Of a stretch of 64,000 nucleotides of DNA, positions 18,412-29,213 are shown one piece after another. The DNA is taken from positions 33,868 through 97,867 of the forward strand of contig CAVSQB010000001.1 of NCBI GenBank assembly GCA_963729895.1, written 5' to 3'. Below the pieces are notes generated by a model. It did no database searches, was not told the origin of the DNA, and was given only the letters and a program-made list of their open reading frames with translations. How positions within the stretch are numbered: position 1 is the stretch's first letter; the number at the start of each line of letters is the position of its first letter. The position numbers and the translations under genes were made by a program. Source of the stretch: an uncultured Fibrobacterota bacterium (GTDB taxonomy: Bacteria; Fibrobacterota; Chitinivibrionia; Chitinivibrionales; FEN-1185).

Positions 18412-19395
18412 TCACCGCCCGGGGGTCCCGTTATCCGGAAAATATTCCACCCTGATCTTCTTATACTCTCTTACCGTTGGAAGCTCACGATAATCGGCCA
18501 CCGCGGATTCCCGGGAGATTGCGCGGACGACTTTTCTGCATTCGGCAAGGGTATGTCCATGAATCATCGTGTAAACTGAATACGGCCAGCGGGGAAAGAT
18601 GGGCCGTTCGTAGCAATGGCTCACGTTCCTGCTCGACGCGGCGATCCTGCCTAACATGCGGACTTGGTTCTTTTCCGGCGCCCAAACGGTGAGGACATTG
18701 GCGGGAAATCCAGCGTTGACAGGGCGCAGAACAGATGCGACACGGCGGATGGCTCCGGCCGCGATATAGCGCATCAGCTCCCGGACCACTTGCCTTTCTG
18801 TCAAGCCAAGGGCCTTGGCTGCGGGACCAAAGGGACGAGACAAAAGCGGCAGGTCTTTCTGAAGCTCGCGGACAAAGCTCCGGTTCACTGCAAAGCGGCG
18901 TGAGGATGCACGGGACGGCTTGCGCGCCGCGGCAACCCGGCCGTTTCCACCCATGTCAAGCTGAAAACCGATCTTGAATTTTCGAATGGTTGGTAGAAAA
19001 AGCCATTCCCGTATCCCCGCGCGCCGTGCTAGGGCGGCCGCTTCCTTCTTGAGGTCCCTTTCCGAAGGTAGGGTCAGAGTGAACCAGAGATTGAAATCGT
19101 TTGCCCTCGCATAATTGTGGCTGACGCCCGGGTGCGCGTTCACCCGAAGGGCAACCGCGCTGAGCCGGCGCGGGGGAACCTTGAACGCCACCAGAACGCC
19201 GTGATACCCTATTCGTGACGAATCGAATATCGCTCCGATCTGGCGAACGATCTTTTTTCGTTTGAGCCCGGCAATCCGTTCCAGAACTTCTTTTTCCGGG
19301 ATTCCGACGGCGCCGGCAATCGACAAAAAGGGCCGTGTGGCAACAGGAAAATCAAACTGCAGCGCGTTGAGAATGCTTTTATCAATTGAATCCAT
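18412..19395 (-). CDS. ahbAB: Fused siroheme decarboxylase AhbA/AhbB
   Basis: Two Lrp/AsnC-like halves; GVSHNYAR and VSHCYERP...WPYSVYTMIHG; located in the heme operon. Confidence 0.92.
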   Translation of the reverse strand: MDSIDKSILNALQFDFPVATRPFLSIAGAVGIPEKEVLERIAGLKRKKIVRQIGAIFDSSRIGYHGVLVAFKVPPRRLSAVALRVNAHPGVSHNYARANDFNLWFTLTLPSERDLKKEAAALARRAGIREWLFLPTIRKFKIGFQLDMGGNGRVAAARKPSRASSRRFAVNRSFVRELQKDLPLLSRPFGPAAKALGLTERQVVRELMRYIAAGAIRRVASVLRPVNAGFPANVLTVWAPEKNQVRMLGRIAASSRNVSHCYERPIFPRWPYSVYTMIHGHTLAECRKVVRAISRESAVADYRELPTVREYKKIRVEYFPDNGTPGR

Positions 19396-20690
19396 TACAG
19401 ACATTTCTTAAGGGACGCGCCGCACGCTTCGATGGCGGCGTCTACGTCGGCGTCGGAATGCGCGGCAGACACAAATACGGCCTCAAATTGAGACGGAGCA
19501 AGGTACACGCCCCGCTTCATGCATGCCTGGAAGAACCGGGCATGGCGCTTCGTGTCCGCAGTTTTCGCTGTTGTCCAGGAAACGACGCTTTTTTCCTCCG
19601 TAAAGAACATCGTCATCATCGATCCGACTCTGTTGAGCACGGCCGGAATTCCACATTCTTGACATTCAGAAACAATGCCGCGCGCAAGGCGTTCGGCGCG
19701 CCGCTCCAACGCGGCGTAAAAATCGGGGTCGTCCCTTATGCAGGTGAGCGTCGCGAGGCCTGCCGCCATTGCAAGCGGGTTCCCGGACAACGTTCCGGCC
19801 TGGTAAATGCTTCCCAAAGGTGCAACCTGTTCCATGATGTCCCGTCGTCCGCCGTAGGCGCCTACCGGCAGCCCGCCGCCGACGATCTTTCCAAGCGTCG
19901 TCAGGTCGGGCCTCACGCCGAACAGTTCTTGCGCCCCGCCGGCCGCGACGCGAAACCCGGTCATCACCTCGTCGAAAATAAGGAGGCTGCCGAAGTTGTC
20001 GGCTATGTCGCGCAGGCCTTGCAGAAAACCCGGGAGCGGCGCAACCACGCCCATGTTTCCGGCCACCGGTTCCACGATTATTGCCGCAATGGTGTCGCCG
20101 ACCTTTTCAAACAGGACTTTAACAGAATCTAGATTGTTGTACTCAGCAAGCAAAGTGTCCTGCGCGGTGCCCGGCGTGACGCCGGGATTGTCCGGTATGC
20201 CGAGCGTCGCGACACCCGAGCCTGCGGCGATGAGAAAACTGTCGCCGTGGCCATGATAGCACCCTGTAAACTTGACGATGCGGTTCCGCTTCGTGTATCC
20301 TCTCGCGACCCTCACGGCGCTCATGGTCGCCTCTGTCCCGGAATTGACCATCCGGATCAGTTCGACGGAAGGGACCAGGGCGGTGATTGCGCGGGCCAGT
20401 TCCGTTTCGAGAAGGGTGGGAGCGCCGAAACTCGTGCCCCGCGCAGCGGCCTTGCATAGTGCGTCAAGCACCGCCGGATGGGCATGGCCGAGAATCAGCG
20501 GTCCCCAGGAGCCGACAAAATCGATATATGAGTTGCCGTCGATGTCGGTGACTCTCGATCCTTTGCCGGATTCCAAGAACAATGGTTCTCCGCCGACGCT
20601 CGCAAAGGCCCTCACAGGCGAATTGACGCCGCCGGCGATGACTTTTTTGGCTTCTGCAAATGCCGCGGCGCTTTTTGCGGTATTATGCAC
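19395..20690 (-). CDS. hemL: Glutamate-1-semialdehyde 2,1-aminomutase
   Basis: [39 protein letters not shown] start at 20690. Confidence 0.97.
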   Translation of the reverse strand: MHNTAKSAAAFAEAKKVIAGGVNSPVRAFASVGGEPLFLESGKGSRVTDIDGNSYIDFVGSWGPLILGHAHPAVLDALCKAAARGTSFGAPTLLETELARAITALVPSVELIRMVNSGTEATMSAVRVARGYTKRNRIVKFTGCYHGHGDSFLIAAGSGVATLGIPDNPGVTPGTAQDTLLAEYNNLDSVKVLFEKVGDTIAAIIVEPVAGNMGVVAPLPGFLQGLRDIADNFGSLLIFDEVMTGFRVAAGGAQELFGVRPDLTTLGKIVGGGLPVGAYGGRRDIMEQVAPLGSIYQAGTLSGNPLAMAAGLATLTCIRDDPDFYAALERRAERLARGIVSECQECGIPAVLNRVGSMMTMFFTEEKSVVSWTTAKTADTKRHARFFQACMKRGVYLAPSQFEAVFVSAAHSDADVDAAIEACGASLKKCL

Positions 20691-21774
20691 GGGTCTTCTC
20701 CAACAACGGTTCATACACGCAATACGGTTCCTCGGCCAGATAATCGCCCGTGGCCGCGTAGGCGCGCGCCCTGCACCCTCCGCACACTCTGCGATACTCG
20801 CACCTGCCGCAGCGCCCATGGTATTTGTCAATATCGCGAATTTCGCGGAACAGCGGCGAGTTCTCCCACACCGATTTGAAGTCAAAATCGTTCTCGCGCA
20901 GGTTTCCCGCTGCAACGTCCAGAAACCCGCAGATCTGCACGACGCCTACATGCGAGATAAACGCGAACCCTTGTCCGCCAAGGCATCCTTTTGTCATGGC
21001 GTCGAGGCCGTGCGTCTCGGGAGCAACCGTCCTGCCCGCTTTTCGCTCGTTCTGCCGCAGGATACGGTAGTAATGCGGGGCGCAGGTGGGCTTGAGGGAC
21101 ATTCCCGCGGTCGAGCGGTGATCATAGATCCAGGTGAGCACGCGTTCGTATTCTTCGGGCGCAATTTCCTGATCTGCAAGTTCCTTCCCGCGTCCGGTGG
21201 GGACGAGCAGAAACGGGTGGAACGACACGGCACCCAGCCGGATGGCAAGGTCGAAAATCGCGGGCAGTTCATGGATATTCAGTTTTGTTACCGTTGTATT
21301 GATCTGGAATTCCAACCCGGTTTTCCGGGCCGCCCGGATTCCTTCCATGACGCTGTCGAAAGCGCCGTTGACACGCCGGAATGAGTCATGGCTTTGCGCC
21401 GTCGCGCCGTCGATGCTGAGGCTTATGCGCCGGATCCCGGACGCTATAAGCTTGCGGCAAGTATCTTCCGTCAAGAGCTTCCCGCAAGGCGCTATCACCA
21501 TGCGTAGTCCCAAAGACGTGCCGAATTCGGCGATATGATAGACGTCGGGACGGAGCATCGGTTCACCGCCGGTGAGGATGATGATCGGATGAGAAAACCG
21601 CGCGATAGTAGTGAGCAGTTTTTCGCATTCGTCGGTTGACAGTTCGCCGGTGTAGGGGCCTTTTTCTGCAGCGGCCCGGCAATGCCGGCAGTTCAGATTG
21701 CAGGAACGAGTCACCTCCCAGGCGACAAGCCGCAATTTGTTTTTCGGGCGGGGATGAGCGGAAGCTGAGTTCAT
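20683..21774 (-). CDS. ahbD: AdoMet-dependent heme synthase (radical SAM/SPASM)
   Basis: [48 protein letters not shown]. Confidence 0.92.
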   Translation of the reverse strand: MNSASAHPRPKNKLRLVAWEVTRSCNLNCRHCRAAAEKGPYTGELSTDECEKLLTTIARFSHPIIILTGGEPMLRPDVYHIAEFGTSLGLRMVIAPCGKLLTEDTCRKLIASGIRRISLSIDGATAQSHDSFRRVNGAFDSVMEGIRAARKTGLEFQINTTVTKLNIHELPAIFDLAIRLGAVSFHPFLLVPTGRGKELADQEIAPEEYERVLTWIYDHRSTAGMSLKPTCAPHYYRILRQNERKAGRTVAPETHGLDAMTKGCLGGQGFAFISHVGVVQICGFLDVAAGNLRENDFDFKSVWENSPLFREIRDIDKYHGRCGRCEYRRVCGGCRARAYAATGDYLAEEPYCVYEPLLEKTRA

Positions 21775-22763
21775 TGGTGCAGGAATCCTTTGGCGATGAG
21801 GCGTGCGGCTTCGATTGCGTGATAGGTGACGATGATGTCGGCGCCGGCGCGTCTCAGGGACACAAGTATTTCCATCATGACCTTATCGTGATCGATCCAT
21901 CCGCGCTGCGATGCTGCCTTGACCATTGAATACTCGCCGCTCACGTTGTACGCGGCCACGGGTACGTTGAACGTGTCTTTCACCCGCCTGATAATGTCGC
22001 AATAACTGAGGGCAGGTTTCACCATGACGATGTCGGCGCCCTCCTTAATGTCAAGAGCAACTTCCCGCATCGCCTCGTCGCCGTTTCTCGGGTCCATCTG
22101 GTAGCCGCGCCGGTCGCCGGACTTCGGCGCCGAATCGGCAGCCTCCCGGAATGGGCCGTAGAACCCCGACGCGTATTTGGCCGCGTAGGCCATGATGGGC
22201 AATTCCGCGAACCCGGAGGCGTCGAGCCGCTCGCGGATGCGGCCGACCCTTCCGTCCATCATGTCGCTCGGCGCCACCATGTCGCACCCGGCGCGGGCGT
22301 GAGAAAGAGCCTGGCGCGCAAGGATGTCGATGGTCCGGTCGTTGTCGACGGAACCGTCATCGGCGAGCGGACCGCAGTGGCCGTGGGTGGTATATTCGCA
22401 GTTGCAGACATCGGTGACGATAAAAAGATCCGCGCACCGCTTCTTGATAAAGGGTATCGCCCGCTGGATTATTCCTGCGGGGGAACAGCCGGATCTTCCT
22501 TCCTCGTCCTTTTCCGACGGGAGTCCGAAGAGAATCACGGCGTTTACCCCGGCGTCCTGCGCCATGCCGCATTCCTTTGCCGCCTCATCCATTGACATCT
22601 GAAATACGCCCGGCATGGAGGACACGGGCTTGCGGACTTTGGAACCGGGGCACACGAACAGGGGAAGGACGAGCTTGTCAGCGCTCACGGTTGTTTCCGC
22701 GATCATGGCGCGGATTGTGGAATTGCGCCTCAGCCGTCGCAGCCGAGTCTGGGGAAACTGCAT
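21771..22763 (-). CDS. hemB: Porphobilinogen synthase
   Basis: DVCNCEYTTHGHCG, APSDMMDGR, FYGPFREA, MVKPA. Confidence 0.98.
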   Translation of the reverse strand: MQFPQTRLRRLRRNSTIRAMIAETTVSADKLVLPLFVCPGSKVRKPVSSMPGVFQMSMDEAAKECGMAQDAGVNAVILFGLPSEKDEEGRSGCSPAGIIQRAIPFIKKRCADLFIVTDVCNCEYTTHGHCGPLADDGSVDNDRTIDILARQALSHARAGCDMVAPSDMMDGRVGRIRERLDASGFAELPIMAYAAKYASGFYGPFREAADSAPKSGDRRGYQMDPRNGDEAMREVALDIKEGADIVMVKPALSYCDIIRRVKDTFNVPVAAYNVSGEYSMVKAASQRGWIDHDKVMMEILVSLRRAGADIIVTYHAIEAARLIAKGFLHQ

Positions 22764-22788
22764 GGTTACCTCCAAAGAAACATTGGTA

Positions 22789-23979
22789 TCACTCGACGCG
22801 GGTGGCTATTTCTTCTTCCGTCAAAAAGCAGGCAGGGTCCTCGGCCCAGACGTCGTTGTACACCGCTTCGGCGCGGACCCGGAAATTCCCGTTGCATATG
22901 TCCTGCCACACGCAGCGCCCGCATTTGCCGGTGAGTTTCGCCGCTCGGTCTTTGAGCCCGGCCATGATCGGGTCCGACGCATCGGTCCAGATGTCCTTGA
23001 AACTGCGCTGTTTGACATTCCCGAATGAATGATGCCTCCAGAACTGATCCGCGTACACCGAGCCGTCCCAGCTTACACAACCGATGCCGATGCCGGAGCT
23101 GTTCCCGCCGTTCATTTTCAGCAGCTTGAGCACCGCAGCGGCCCGGGGAGAGCCTTCGCGACGCATGCGAAGATACAGGTACACGCCGTCGGCATGGTTG
23201 TCCACGGTGAGCACTTCCTTTTGCACGCCGCGCGTGTGCATGTCCGCGGTGAGGTCGATGATCCGGTCCACCGTCCTGCGGCATTCGGCGGCATCCAGGT
23301 CCTCGTCGCGGAGTTTGCTGCCCCGGCCGGCATACACCAGGTGGTAAAAACAGACCCGGGGTATATGTTCCGATTCTAGGAGCTTGAAAATGCCCGGTAT
23401 CTCGCCCACGTTCCGTTTATTTATCGTAAATCTGAGCCCGACCTTGACGCCGGCTTTGATGCAATTACGTATGCCGGCAAGGGCATTGTCGTACGCGCCC
23501 GTTACCCCGCGGAAACGGTCGTTGACATCACGGAGCCCGTCAAGGCTGATGCCCACATACGACAACCCGATGTCCCTGAGTTCCGCCGCAACGCTCTCCG
23601 TGATCAGCGTGCCGTTGGTGGAAATCACCGCGCGCATGCCGGCACTGCGGGCGCGTCGCACGAGACGGTACAGGTCCGGCCGCAAAAGGGGTTCACCGCC
23701 GGAAAAGAGGAGGACCGGCGCCTTGAATTCGCCCAGGCCGTCGATGAATGTCTCCGCTTCTTCGGTTGTCAATTCGCCGGAATAGTTTTCGTCGCGCGAG
23801 TGGGAATAGCAGTGGACGCACCTGAGGTTGCACCGACGCCCCACGTTCCAGACCACGACCGGTTTCTTGTCGAGGGAAAACTGGAGAAGATGCGACGGCA
23901 GTTTTGTGGAATCGCGTTCGTACCGGAGTGCGTCCGACGGTTCGACCGTACCGCAGTACAATTTGGAAATCCCGATCAT
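22789..23979 (-). CDS. ahbC: Fe-coproporphyrin III synthase (12,18-didecarboxysiroheme deacetylase), radical SAM
   Basis: MIGISKLYCG, KKPVVVWN, CNLRCVHCY, VLTVDNHADG, GGNSSGIGI. Confidence 0.93.
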   Translation of the reverse strand: MIGISKLYCGTVEPSDALRYERDSTKLPSHLLQFSLDKKPVVVWNVGRRCNLRCVHCYSHSRDENYSGELTTEEAETFIDGLGEFKAPVLLFSGGEPLLRPDLYRLVRRARSAGMRAVISTNGTLITESVAAELRDIGLSYVGISLDGLRDVNDRFRGVTGAYDNALAGIRNCIKAGVKVGLRFTINKRNVGEIPGIFKLLESEHIPRVCFYHLVYAGRGSKLRDEDLDAAECRRTVDRIIDLTADMHTRGVQKEVLTVDNHADGVYLYLRMRREGSPRAAAVLKLLKMNGGNSSGIGIGCVSWDGSVYADQFWRHHSFGNVKQRSFKDIWTDASDPIMAGLKDRAAKLTGKCGRCVWQDICNGNFRVRAEAVYNDVWAEDPACFLTEEEIATRVE

Positions 23980-25526
23980 GGCTGAAAATACTCCTTTATC
24001 GCGTCGATCAAGCCGGGAATCGTGTGCTCCCGGGCCTCGACGAGCGGCGCGATGCCTCTCGCCTTGAGCGCGGCCGATGTCACCGGACCGATGCTCGCGG
24101 CCTTGAGGGTCGGAGCGATCCGTGCGAATTCCCGTGCGGTGAACAATGAAACAAAATTCTCAAATGTTGACGAACTGGAAAACGTGATCAGGTCGTACCG
24201 TGCGTTTTTGATACAATCAACCGCCGACCCGTCTATCGGGCGCGGCCGGACGGTTCTATACGCCGTCACCACGGCAACTTTCGCTCCCCACTCGGAAAGA
24301 GCGTTCGGCAGTACGTCCCGGGCTTTTTCCGCCCTGGGAAGCAAGACCCTACGGCCTTTCCAGGGTCCATGATCTCTTAGCGACCGGACCAGCCCCTCGG
24401 CTATCGCGTTGCGCGCCGTACAATCCACCTTCAGCCGATATTTCTTGACCACGGCCGTTGTCCCGGGTCCTATACTAGCGATCCGGGTCTTGCCCAACGC
24501 ACGCACATCGCCCCTTCTTTGAAGCAATAGCTCGAAAAATGCTTCAACGCCCTTCGGACTCGTAAAAACCACCCAGTCGTATTCCTCAATCTTCGCCATC
24601 GCCCGATCCAGCATACCACCCTTCTTCACGGGCTCGATCCGAATCGTGGGCATCTCGATGGTTTCGGCGCCAAGCTCCGCCAATTTGGCCGACAACTCGG
24701 AGGCCTGAGACCGCGCGCGCGTGTTGATAACACGCTTACCGAACAGCGGCCTTTGTTCAAACCATCCGATTTTGTTTCGCAACGAAACCACGTCGCCAAT
24801 TACGGTAATCGCAGGCGGCTTGATCCCTTCTTTCTTGACGATTTCAGCAATCGTCTTCAACGTTCCCGTTACCGTCCTCTGCGCCGGTTTAGTCCCCCAA
24901 CGAATCACTGCCACCGGCGTTGCAGGTGATTTACCCTGTCTAATTAGTTCGTTTGCGATGGCAGACAAATTTCCGACACCCATGTAAAAAACAAGGGTAT
25001 CCGCCCCTTTTGCCAGGTGTTCCCATCGGATGGCCGTGGACGGCTTCCGCGGATCCTCGTTACCCGTGATGAAGGCAACGCTCGATGCCATTGCACGATG
25101 GGTAACAGGAATACCGGCGTATGCCGGCGCAGCAACGCCGGAGGTAACGCCCGGGACAACTTCAAAGGGAATCTCGGATGCGGCCAAGGCTTCACATTCC
25201 TCCCCGCCCCGTCCAAAAACGAACGGGTCACCGCCTTTCAGCCGGACGACATTCTTCCCCTGTAAAGCTTTGTTGACAATGAGCTTGTTTATTTCGTTCT
25301 GCTCCAGGGTGTGCTGCGAAGCGGATTTACCAACGTATATCTTTTCCGCCGCTGCAGGAGCATGGGCGAGCAGCGCCGGGTCCGAAAGATAGTCGTAAAT
25401 GACAACATCGGCCCGGGAAAGGAGCTGGGCGCCCCTCAGGGTGATCAGGCCGGGATCTCCCGGGCCTGCGCCCACGAGATAGACTCTTGTGAGGGCGTTC
25501 TTGGGTTTTGCTTTTCGTACGCTCAT
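23976..25526 (-). CDS. cobA: Uroporphyrinogen-III C-methyltransferase / uroporphyrinogen-III synthase fusion
   Basis: VGAGPGDPGL, RLKGGDPFVFGRGGEE; C-terminal HemD domain (FTSPKGV, SIGP, FSSSST). Confidence 0.95.
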   Translation of the reverse strand: MSVRKAKPKNALTRVYLVGAGPGDPGLITLRGAQLLSRADVVIYDYLSDPALLAHAPAAAEKIYVGKSASQHTLEQNEINKLIVNKALQGKNVVRLKGGDPFVFGRGGEECEALAASEIPFEVVPGVTSGVAAPAYAGIPVTHRAMASSVAFITGNEDPRKPSTAIRWEHLAKGADTLVFYMGVGNLSAIANELIRQGKSPATPVAVIRWGTKPAQRTVTGTLKTIAEIVKKEGIKPPAITVIGDVVSLRNKIGWFEQRPLFGKRVINTRARSQASELSAKLAELGAETIEMPTIRIEPVKKGGMLDRAMAKIEEYDWVVFTSPKGVEAFFELLLQRRGDVRALGKTRIASIGPGTTAVVKKYRLKVDCTARNAIAEGLVRSLRDHGPWKGRRVLLPRAEKARDVLPNALSEWGAKVAVVTAYRTVRPRPIDGSAVDCIKNARYDLITFSSSSTFENFVSLFTAREFARIAPTLKAASIGPVTSAALKARGIAPLVEAREHTIPGLIDAIKEYFQP

Positions 25527-26443
25527 CGGCTGATCCTGATATTGTTCTTTGCGCATTTGTCAATCATTCTCGCGGCAAGGACAGTCCCGGCATTTCCGCA
25601 TTCGGAAACCGGCACTGCCACAGAATCGCGTACCAGTTTGCCGGAGTCCGGATCACCGATTGCGCCGGAGATGGCAAAAGTCTCTCCGTTGATTTTTGCA
25701 TACACGGCAATCGGAGTCTGGCAACCGCCGCCGACTGCCTTCAGAAACTCCCGTTCAGCAGAGATCTCCATCCTGGTAAGGCGGTGATCCACAGTCGCGG
25801 CGATTCGCCGGGCGTCCTCGTCCGACTCCCGGCATTCGACGGCCAGGCATCCCTGACCGGCCGCGGGCAGGCACAAGTCAAGGGGAAGAATGCCGTTTTC
25901 ATGATAGACGCGGCCAAGCCTCGACAGTCCGGCCGCGGCGGCAATGATGCCGTCGTAGCGGTCTTGTTCGAGTTTACGTATCCGCGTGTCGACATTGCCC
26001 CGAAGGTCTTTGAACGACAGGTCGGGTCTGGCGGATTTGAGCTGCACGAGGCGGCGCGGACTGCTGGTGCCCACAACGGCGCCGTGCGGAAGCTCGCCGA
26101 ACCGGAAATTCTGTTTTGTCACTAGTACGTCAAACGGCTCCCTGCGCTCGGGAAAAGCGGCGAGTGTCAAACCGCCCGCTCGTTCCACCGGCACGTCTTT
26201 GAGGCTGTGGATGGCGAGATCCGCTTCGCCGGCGGTGAGCGCCCGCTCAAGCTCCTTGACAAACACGCCAATGCCGCGGAATTGCGAAAGCGGCCTGTCG
26301 GTCACCTTGTCACCCGTGGTTGTGAGGGTCAGGATTGTGAACACATATTCAGGGTTGAGTTTACTGAAGATTTCAACGAGTTGTTTCGTTTGGGTGAGGG
26401 CAAGTGCGCTGCCTCTGGTGACGACTCGGACTTTCTGCATCAT
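25523..26443 (-). CDS. hemC: Hydroxymethylbilane synthase
   Basis: TRGSALAL, HSLKDVP, GTSSPRR, RGNVDTR, GGCQTP. Confidence 0.97.
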   Translation of the reverse strand: MMQKVRVVTRGSALALTQTKQLVEIFSKLNPEYVFTILTLTTTGDKVTDRPLSQFRGIGVFVKELERALTAGEADLAIHSLKDVPVERAGGLTLAAFPERREPFDVLVTKQNFRFGELPHGAVVGTSSPRRLVQLKSARPDLSFKDLRGNVDTRIRKLEQDRYDGIIAAAAGLSRLGRVYHENGILPLDLCLPAAGQGCLAVECRESDEDARRIAATVDHRLTRMEISAEREFLKAVGGGCQTPIAVYAKINGETFAISGAIGDPDSGKLVRDSVAVPVSECGNAGTVLAARMIDKCAKNNIRISR

Positions 26444-27114
26444 CGGTCCGCCCCTCTTTGGGGAACCGCCGCCGGCAGCTTGACCAATGCAGCACCGGCC
26501 AATTCTTTCCGCAGCCGTTGTTCCAGGCGGGCCGGTTTTCCCGGGTATGCCGAAAGGCTGAGAGATTCCACGGACCGCCAGAACTTCGCCTTGCCGGCCG
26601 GCGGGAGCCGTTTGATTTCCGGCCGCATCTTCCCGAGCTCGGTCACCAAGCGGACGAATTCGTCCGAAACCAATTCCTCGATTTCCCTCCGCAGTTTGGC
26701 CGCAAGGGCCGGCGCCGCGCCCCCGGTGGAGACCGCGACTTGTATCGGGCCTTTCCTGAAAACGGAAGGGACAAAGAACGTACAGTGTGCCGGATCGTCG
26801 ACGATGTTTACCGGAATGCCGAGCCTGACGGCGTCCCGAAACACCCGCTCGTTGACCGCGTTGTCATTCGTCGCGCCGACAACAAGGTTGGTCCTTTTCA
26901 TGTGCGACGTCCGGTACCGGCCCGGGATCCATTCGAGGGAGCCCCGTTTCACGAAGGCGGAAAGCCGGGGCGTCAGTTCCGGACTCACCACCGTGACTCC
27001 GGCCCCGGCGTCAAGCAGGGCCTCGGCTTTTCTCCGCGCGACGGTCCCGCCGCCGACGATCAGGCAGCGCACCAGGGGGCCCAAAAGGTATACGGGAAAA
27101 TACCGTTCATTCAT
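26440..27114 (-). CDS. Precorrin-2 dehydrogenase / sirohydrochlorin ferrochelatase (CysG N-terminal, Met8-like)
   Basis: IVGGGTVARRK, NIVDDPAHCTF, VSTGGAAP. Confidence 0.92.
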   Translation of the reverse strand: MNERYFPVYLLGPLVRCLIVGGGTVARRKAEALLDAGAGVTVVSPELTPRLSAFVKRGSLEWIPGRYRTSHMKRTNLVVGATNDNAVNERVFRDAVRLGIPVNIVDDPAHCTFFVPSVFRKGPIQVAVSTGGAAPALAAKLRREIEELVSDEFVRLVTELGKMRPEIKRLPPAGKAKFWRSVESLSLSAYPGKPARLEQRLRKELAGAALVKLPAAVPQRGADR

Positions 27115-28411
27115 CGTTTTCCACCTTGAGGTCGAAAACGGCGGCGACCGTCCGCGCATACGCACCGCCGTCGTCTTCGGAGGCGACTTCCTTGAGAATC
27201 TTTGACGGATTGTTAAGAAACTTATTTGTCAAGGATGTGGTGATTTGCCGGATGAGCCGGCGGGAGGATTCGGGGAGCGCGTTGATCTGCGAGTCGTAGC
27301 GCTCCAACTCCTCATCCATGATTTCTTCGAACTGTTTCCTGAGGGACACAAGCGTGGGCAGTACTTTTTGAGACCTGAACCAGGCATAATATTTTCCAAG
27401 TTCTTCCGCGATAATGGTTCCTGCCGTGCCGATTTCATGTGCCCGCGCCTTGGAATTTTCCGAAACCACCTGCGAAAGGTCGTCGATGGTAAAAAGAAAA
27501 ACGTTCTGGATACGGCCCACGTCCGGATGAATGTCCCGGGGAGCGGCGATATCGATGCAGAACAATGCCCGGTGTTTTCTCTGCGCCATTACCTTCTTCA
27601 TCTGGTCCGGCGTGAGTATGAAATGCGGGGAGCAGGTGGAGGAGATGATGATATCGCATTCCGGCAGAACTGCCTCTTTTTCGTCAAGAAGCAGCGCGCT
27701 TCCCCCGAATTGTTCCGCCAGCGGCTGGGCGTTTTCGATGGTCCGGTTGGCGAAATACATCTTCTTTATCCCTGCCGCGGCCAGATGTTTGGCGGTAAGA
27801 GTGCTCATTTCCCCGGCGCCGATCACCATCGACGTGCGAGCCGAAAGATCGCCGAGAATCTTCTTGGCGAGGTCGACCGCGGCGGACGAGATCGAGAGAA
27901 CGCCGTCGCTGATTTTCGTTTCCGCCCGCACCCTTTTTCCGGCCTCGATCCCGATGTGGAAGAGTTTGTTGAGGATGGTTCCGGTGTTTCCCATTTCAAC
28001 AGCCGTGCGGTACGCGTCTTTGACCTGTCCGAGGATCTGCGTCTCGCCGATTACCATTGAGTCAAGGCTTGCAATGACGTTAAAAAAATGTTCGGCGGCT
28101 TTTTCGCAATGGTAAAAATAGAGGTGCTGTTCGAATTCCTCCACGGGGACGCCGTGGAAATCGGAAAGAAAACCGAGGAGGCGCCGGCGGCCCGCGGCCG
28201 GATCGCGCACAACCGCGTACAACTCCACCCGGTTGCAGGTGGAAAGTATCAGCGATTCGAGCAGGTCGGGATCCTGAGAGATTTTCTTGAGCCCCGCTTC
28301 GAGCTTCTGTCCGGTAAAAAGCAGCCGGTCACGGAGCTCCGCCTTGGAGCACGAATGGTTCATTCCCAGGAGGACCACATGTTTGCCGGAATCGTTTGGT
28401 TTAGTATCCAT
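27107..28411 (-). CDS. hemA: Glutamyl-tRNA reductase
   Basis: LSTCNRVE, SLDSMVIGETQILGQVK, IGAGEM, DIAAPRDI. Confidence 0.98.
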   Translation of the reverse strand: MDTKPNDSGKHVVLLGMNHSCSKAELRDRLLFTGQKLEAGLKKISQDPDLLESLILSTCNRVELYAVVRDPAAGRRRLLGFLSDFHGVPVEEFEQHLYFYHCEKAAEHFFNVIASLDSMVIGETQILGQVKDAYRTAVEMGNTGTILNKLFHIGIEAGKRVRAETKISDGVLSISSAAVDLAKKILGDLSARTSMVIGAGEMSTLTAKHLAAAGIKKMYFANRTIENAQPLAEQFGGSALLLDEKEAVLPECDIIISSTCSPHFILTPDQMKKVMAQRKHRALFCIDIAAPRDIHPDVGRIQNVFLFTIDDLSQVVSENSKARAHEIGTAGTIIAEELGKYYAWFRSQKVLPTLVSLRKQFEEIMDEELERYDSQINALPESSRRLIRQITTSLTNKFLNNPSKILKEVASEDDGGAYARTVAAVFDLKVENDE

Positions 28412-29213
28412 GTCTTCCCGCCAGGAGCGTGACAAGGACAAACGCAAATCCGATTATGGAAATCAAGCACGCGCGCTGGCCGTTCCATCCTTTGCCGATC
28501 CGCAAGAGATGTTCGGTGAGATAGGTGATAAGAACGAGGCTCGACAGACCGATCTTTACGGAAATCCTTGCGGGAATTCCGACCACCATCTCCATCCAGA
28601 GAAAACCGGTCGCGATTCCGAGAATAAGCAAGCCCAGGCCGAGTGCGTCCACGCGCATGACGGACTCGTCCATGTCCGAAAGAGGAGGAAGGCGCTTGAA
28701 GAGGCCGCCCAGATGATGGGACTTGATCTGCCGGTGTTGCAGAAGATACATGCATGAAATCACGAACGACAGAAGAAAGCAGGAATACGCCAGGAACAAC
28801 AAGGTGGCGTGCATGACAAAATAGAACGAGTGGAGCCGGACCGGAAGGGGCATTCCCTGGTTGAGGTATGCGGCGGAGACGCCGGTAATGATGAAGATCA
28901 CGGGAAAAAGGAATGCCCCGTACCGTATTTCACCGAGGAAATGGTCCATTCCGAAAAAGAGAATTGAGGCAATGAACGCGATGAAAAGGAGGCCCCTGAA
29001 TGCCGTATCGTACGGCAGTCTGTTTTGCTGAAGAAACAGGACCACGAGAAGCAGAAAATGAAAGCAGACACCGGCAATGAAAAAAAAAGTAGTCCAGGAA
29101 AAATGCCTGTCCCTGTTCTTGTAAAATTCGACGACATAGCCGGCGGCGACAACGCCGTACAGCAAAGGAACAATAACCCGAAGCGACTGCACGAGGAATT
29201 CGAGGTCAACCAT
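28401..29213 (-). CDS. HemX-like / cytochrome c assembly family membrane protein lacking the WWD motif
   Basis: Multi-TM; RLPPLSDMD segment typical of HemX/YpjD; directly upstream of hemA; no WGxxWxWD. Confidence 0.75.
   Translation of the reverse strand: MVDLEFLVQSLRVIVPLLYGVVAAGYVVEFYKNRDRHFSWTTFFFIAGVCFHFLLLVVLFLQQNRLPYDTAFRGLLFIAFIASILFFGMDHFLGEIRYGAFLFPVIFIITGVSAAYLNQGMPLPVRLHSFYFVMHATLLFLAYSCFLLSFVISCMYLLQHRQIKSHHLGGLFKRLPPLSDMDESVMRVDALGLGLLILGIATGFLWMEMVVGIPARISVKIGLSSLVLITYLTEHLLRIGKGWNGQRACLISIIGFAFVLVTLLAGRHGY

Noticed and set aside
28401..29213. Second CcsA as a dedicated lyase for the unusual heme motifs
   Set aside because: It has no WWD motif, and its position before hemA fits a HemX-like protein.
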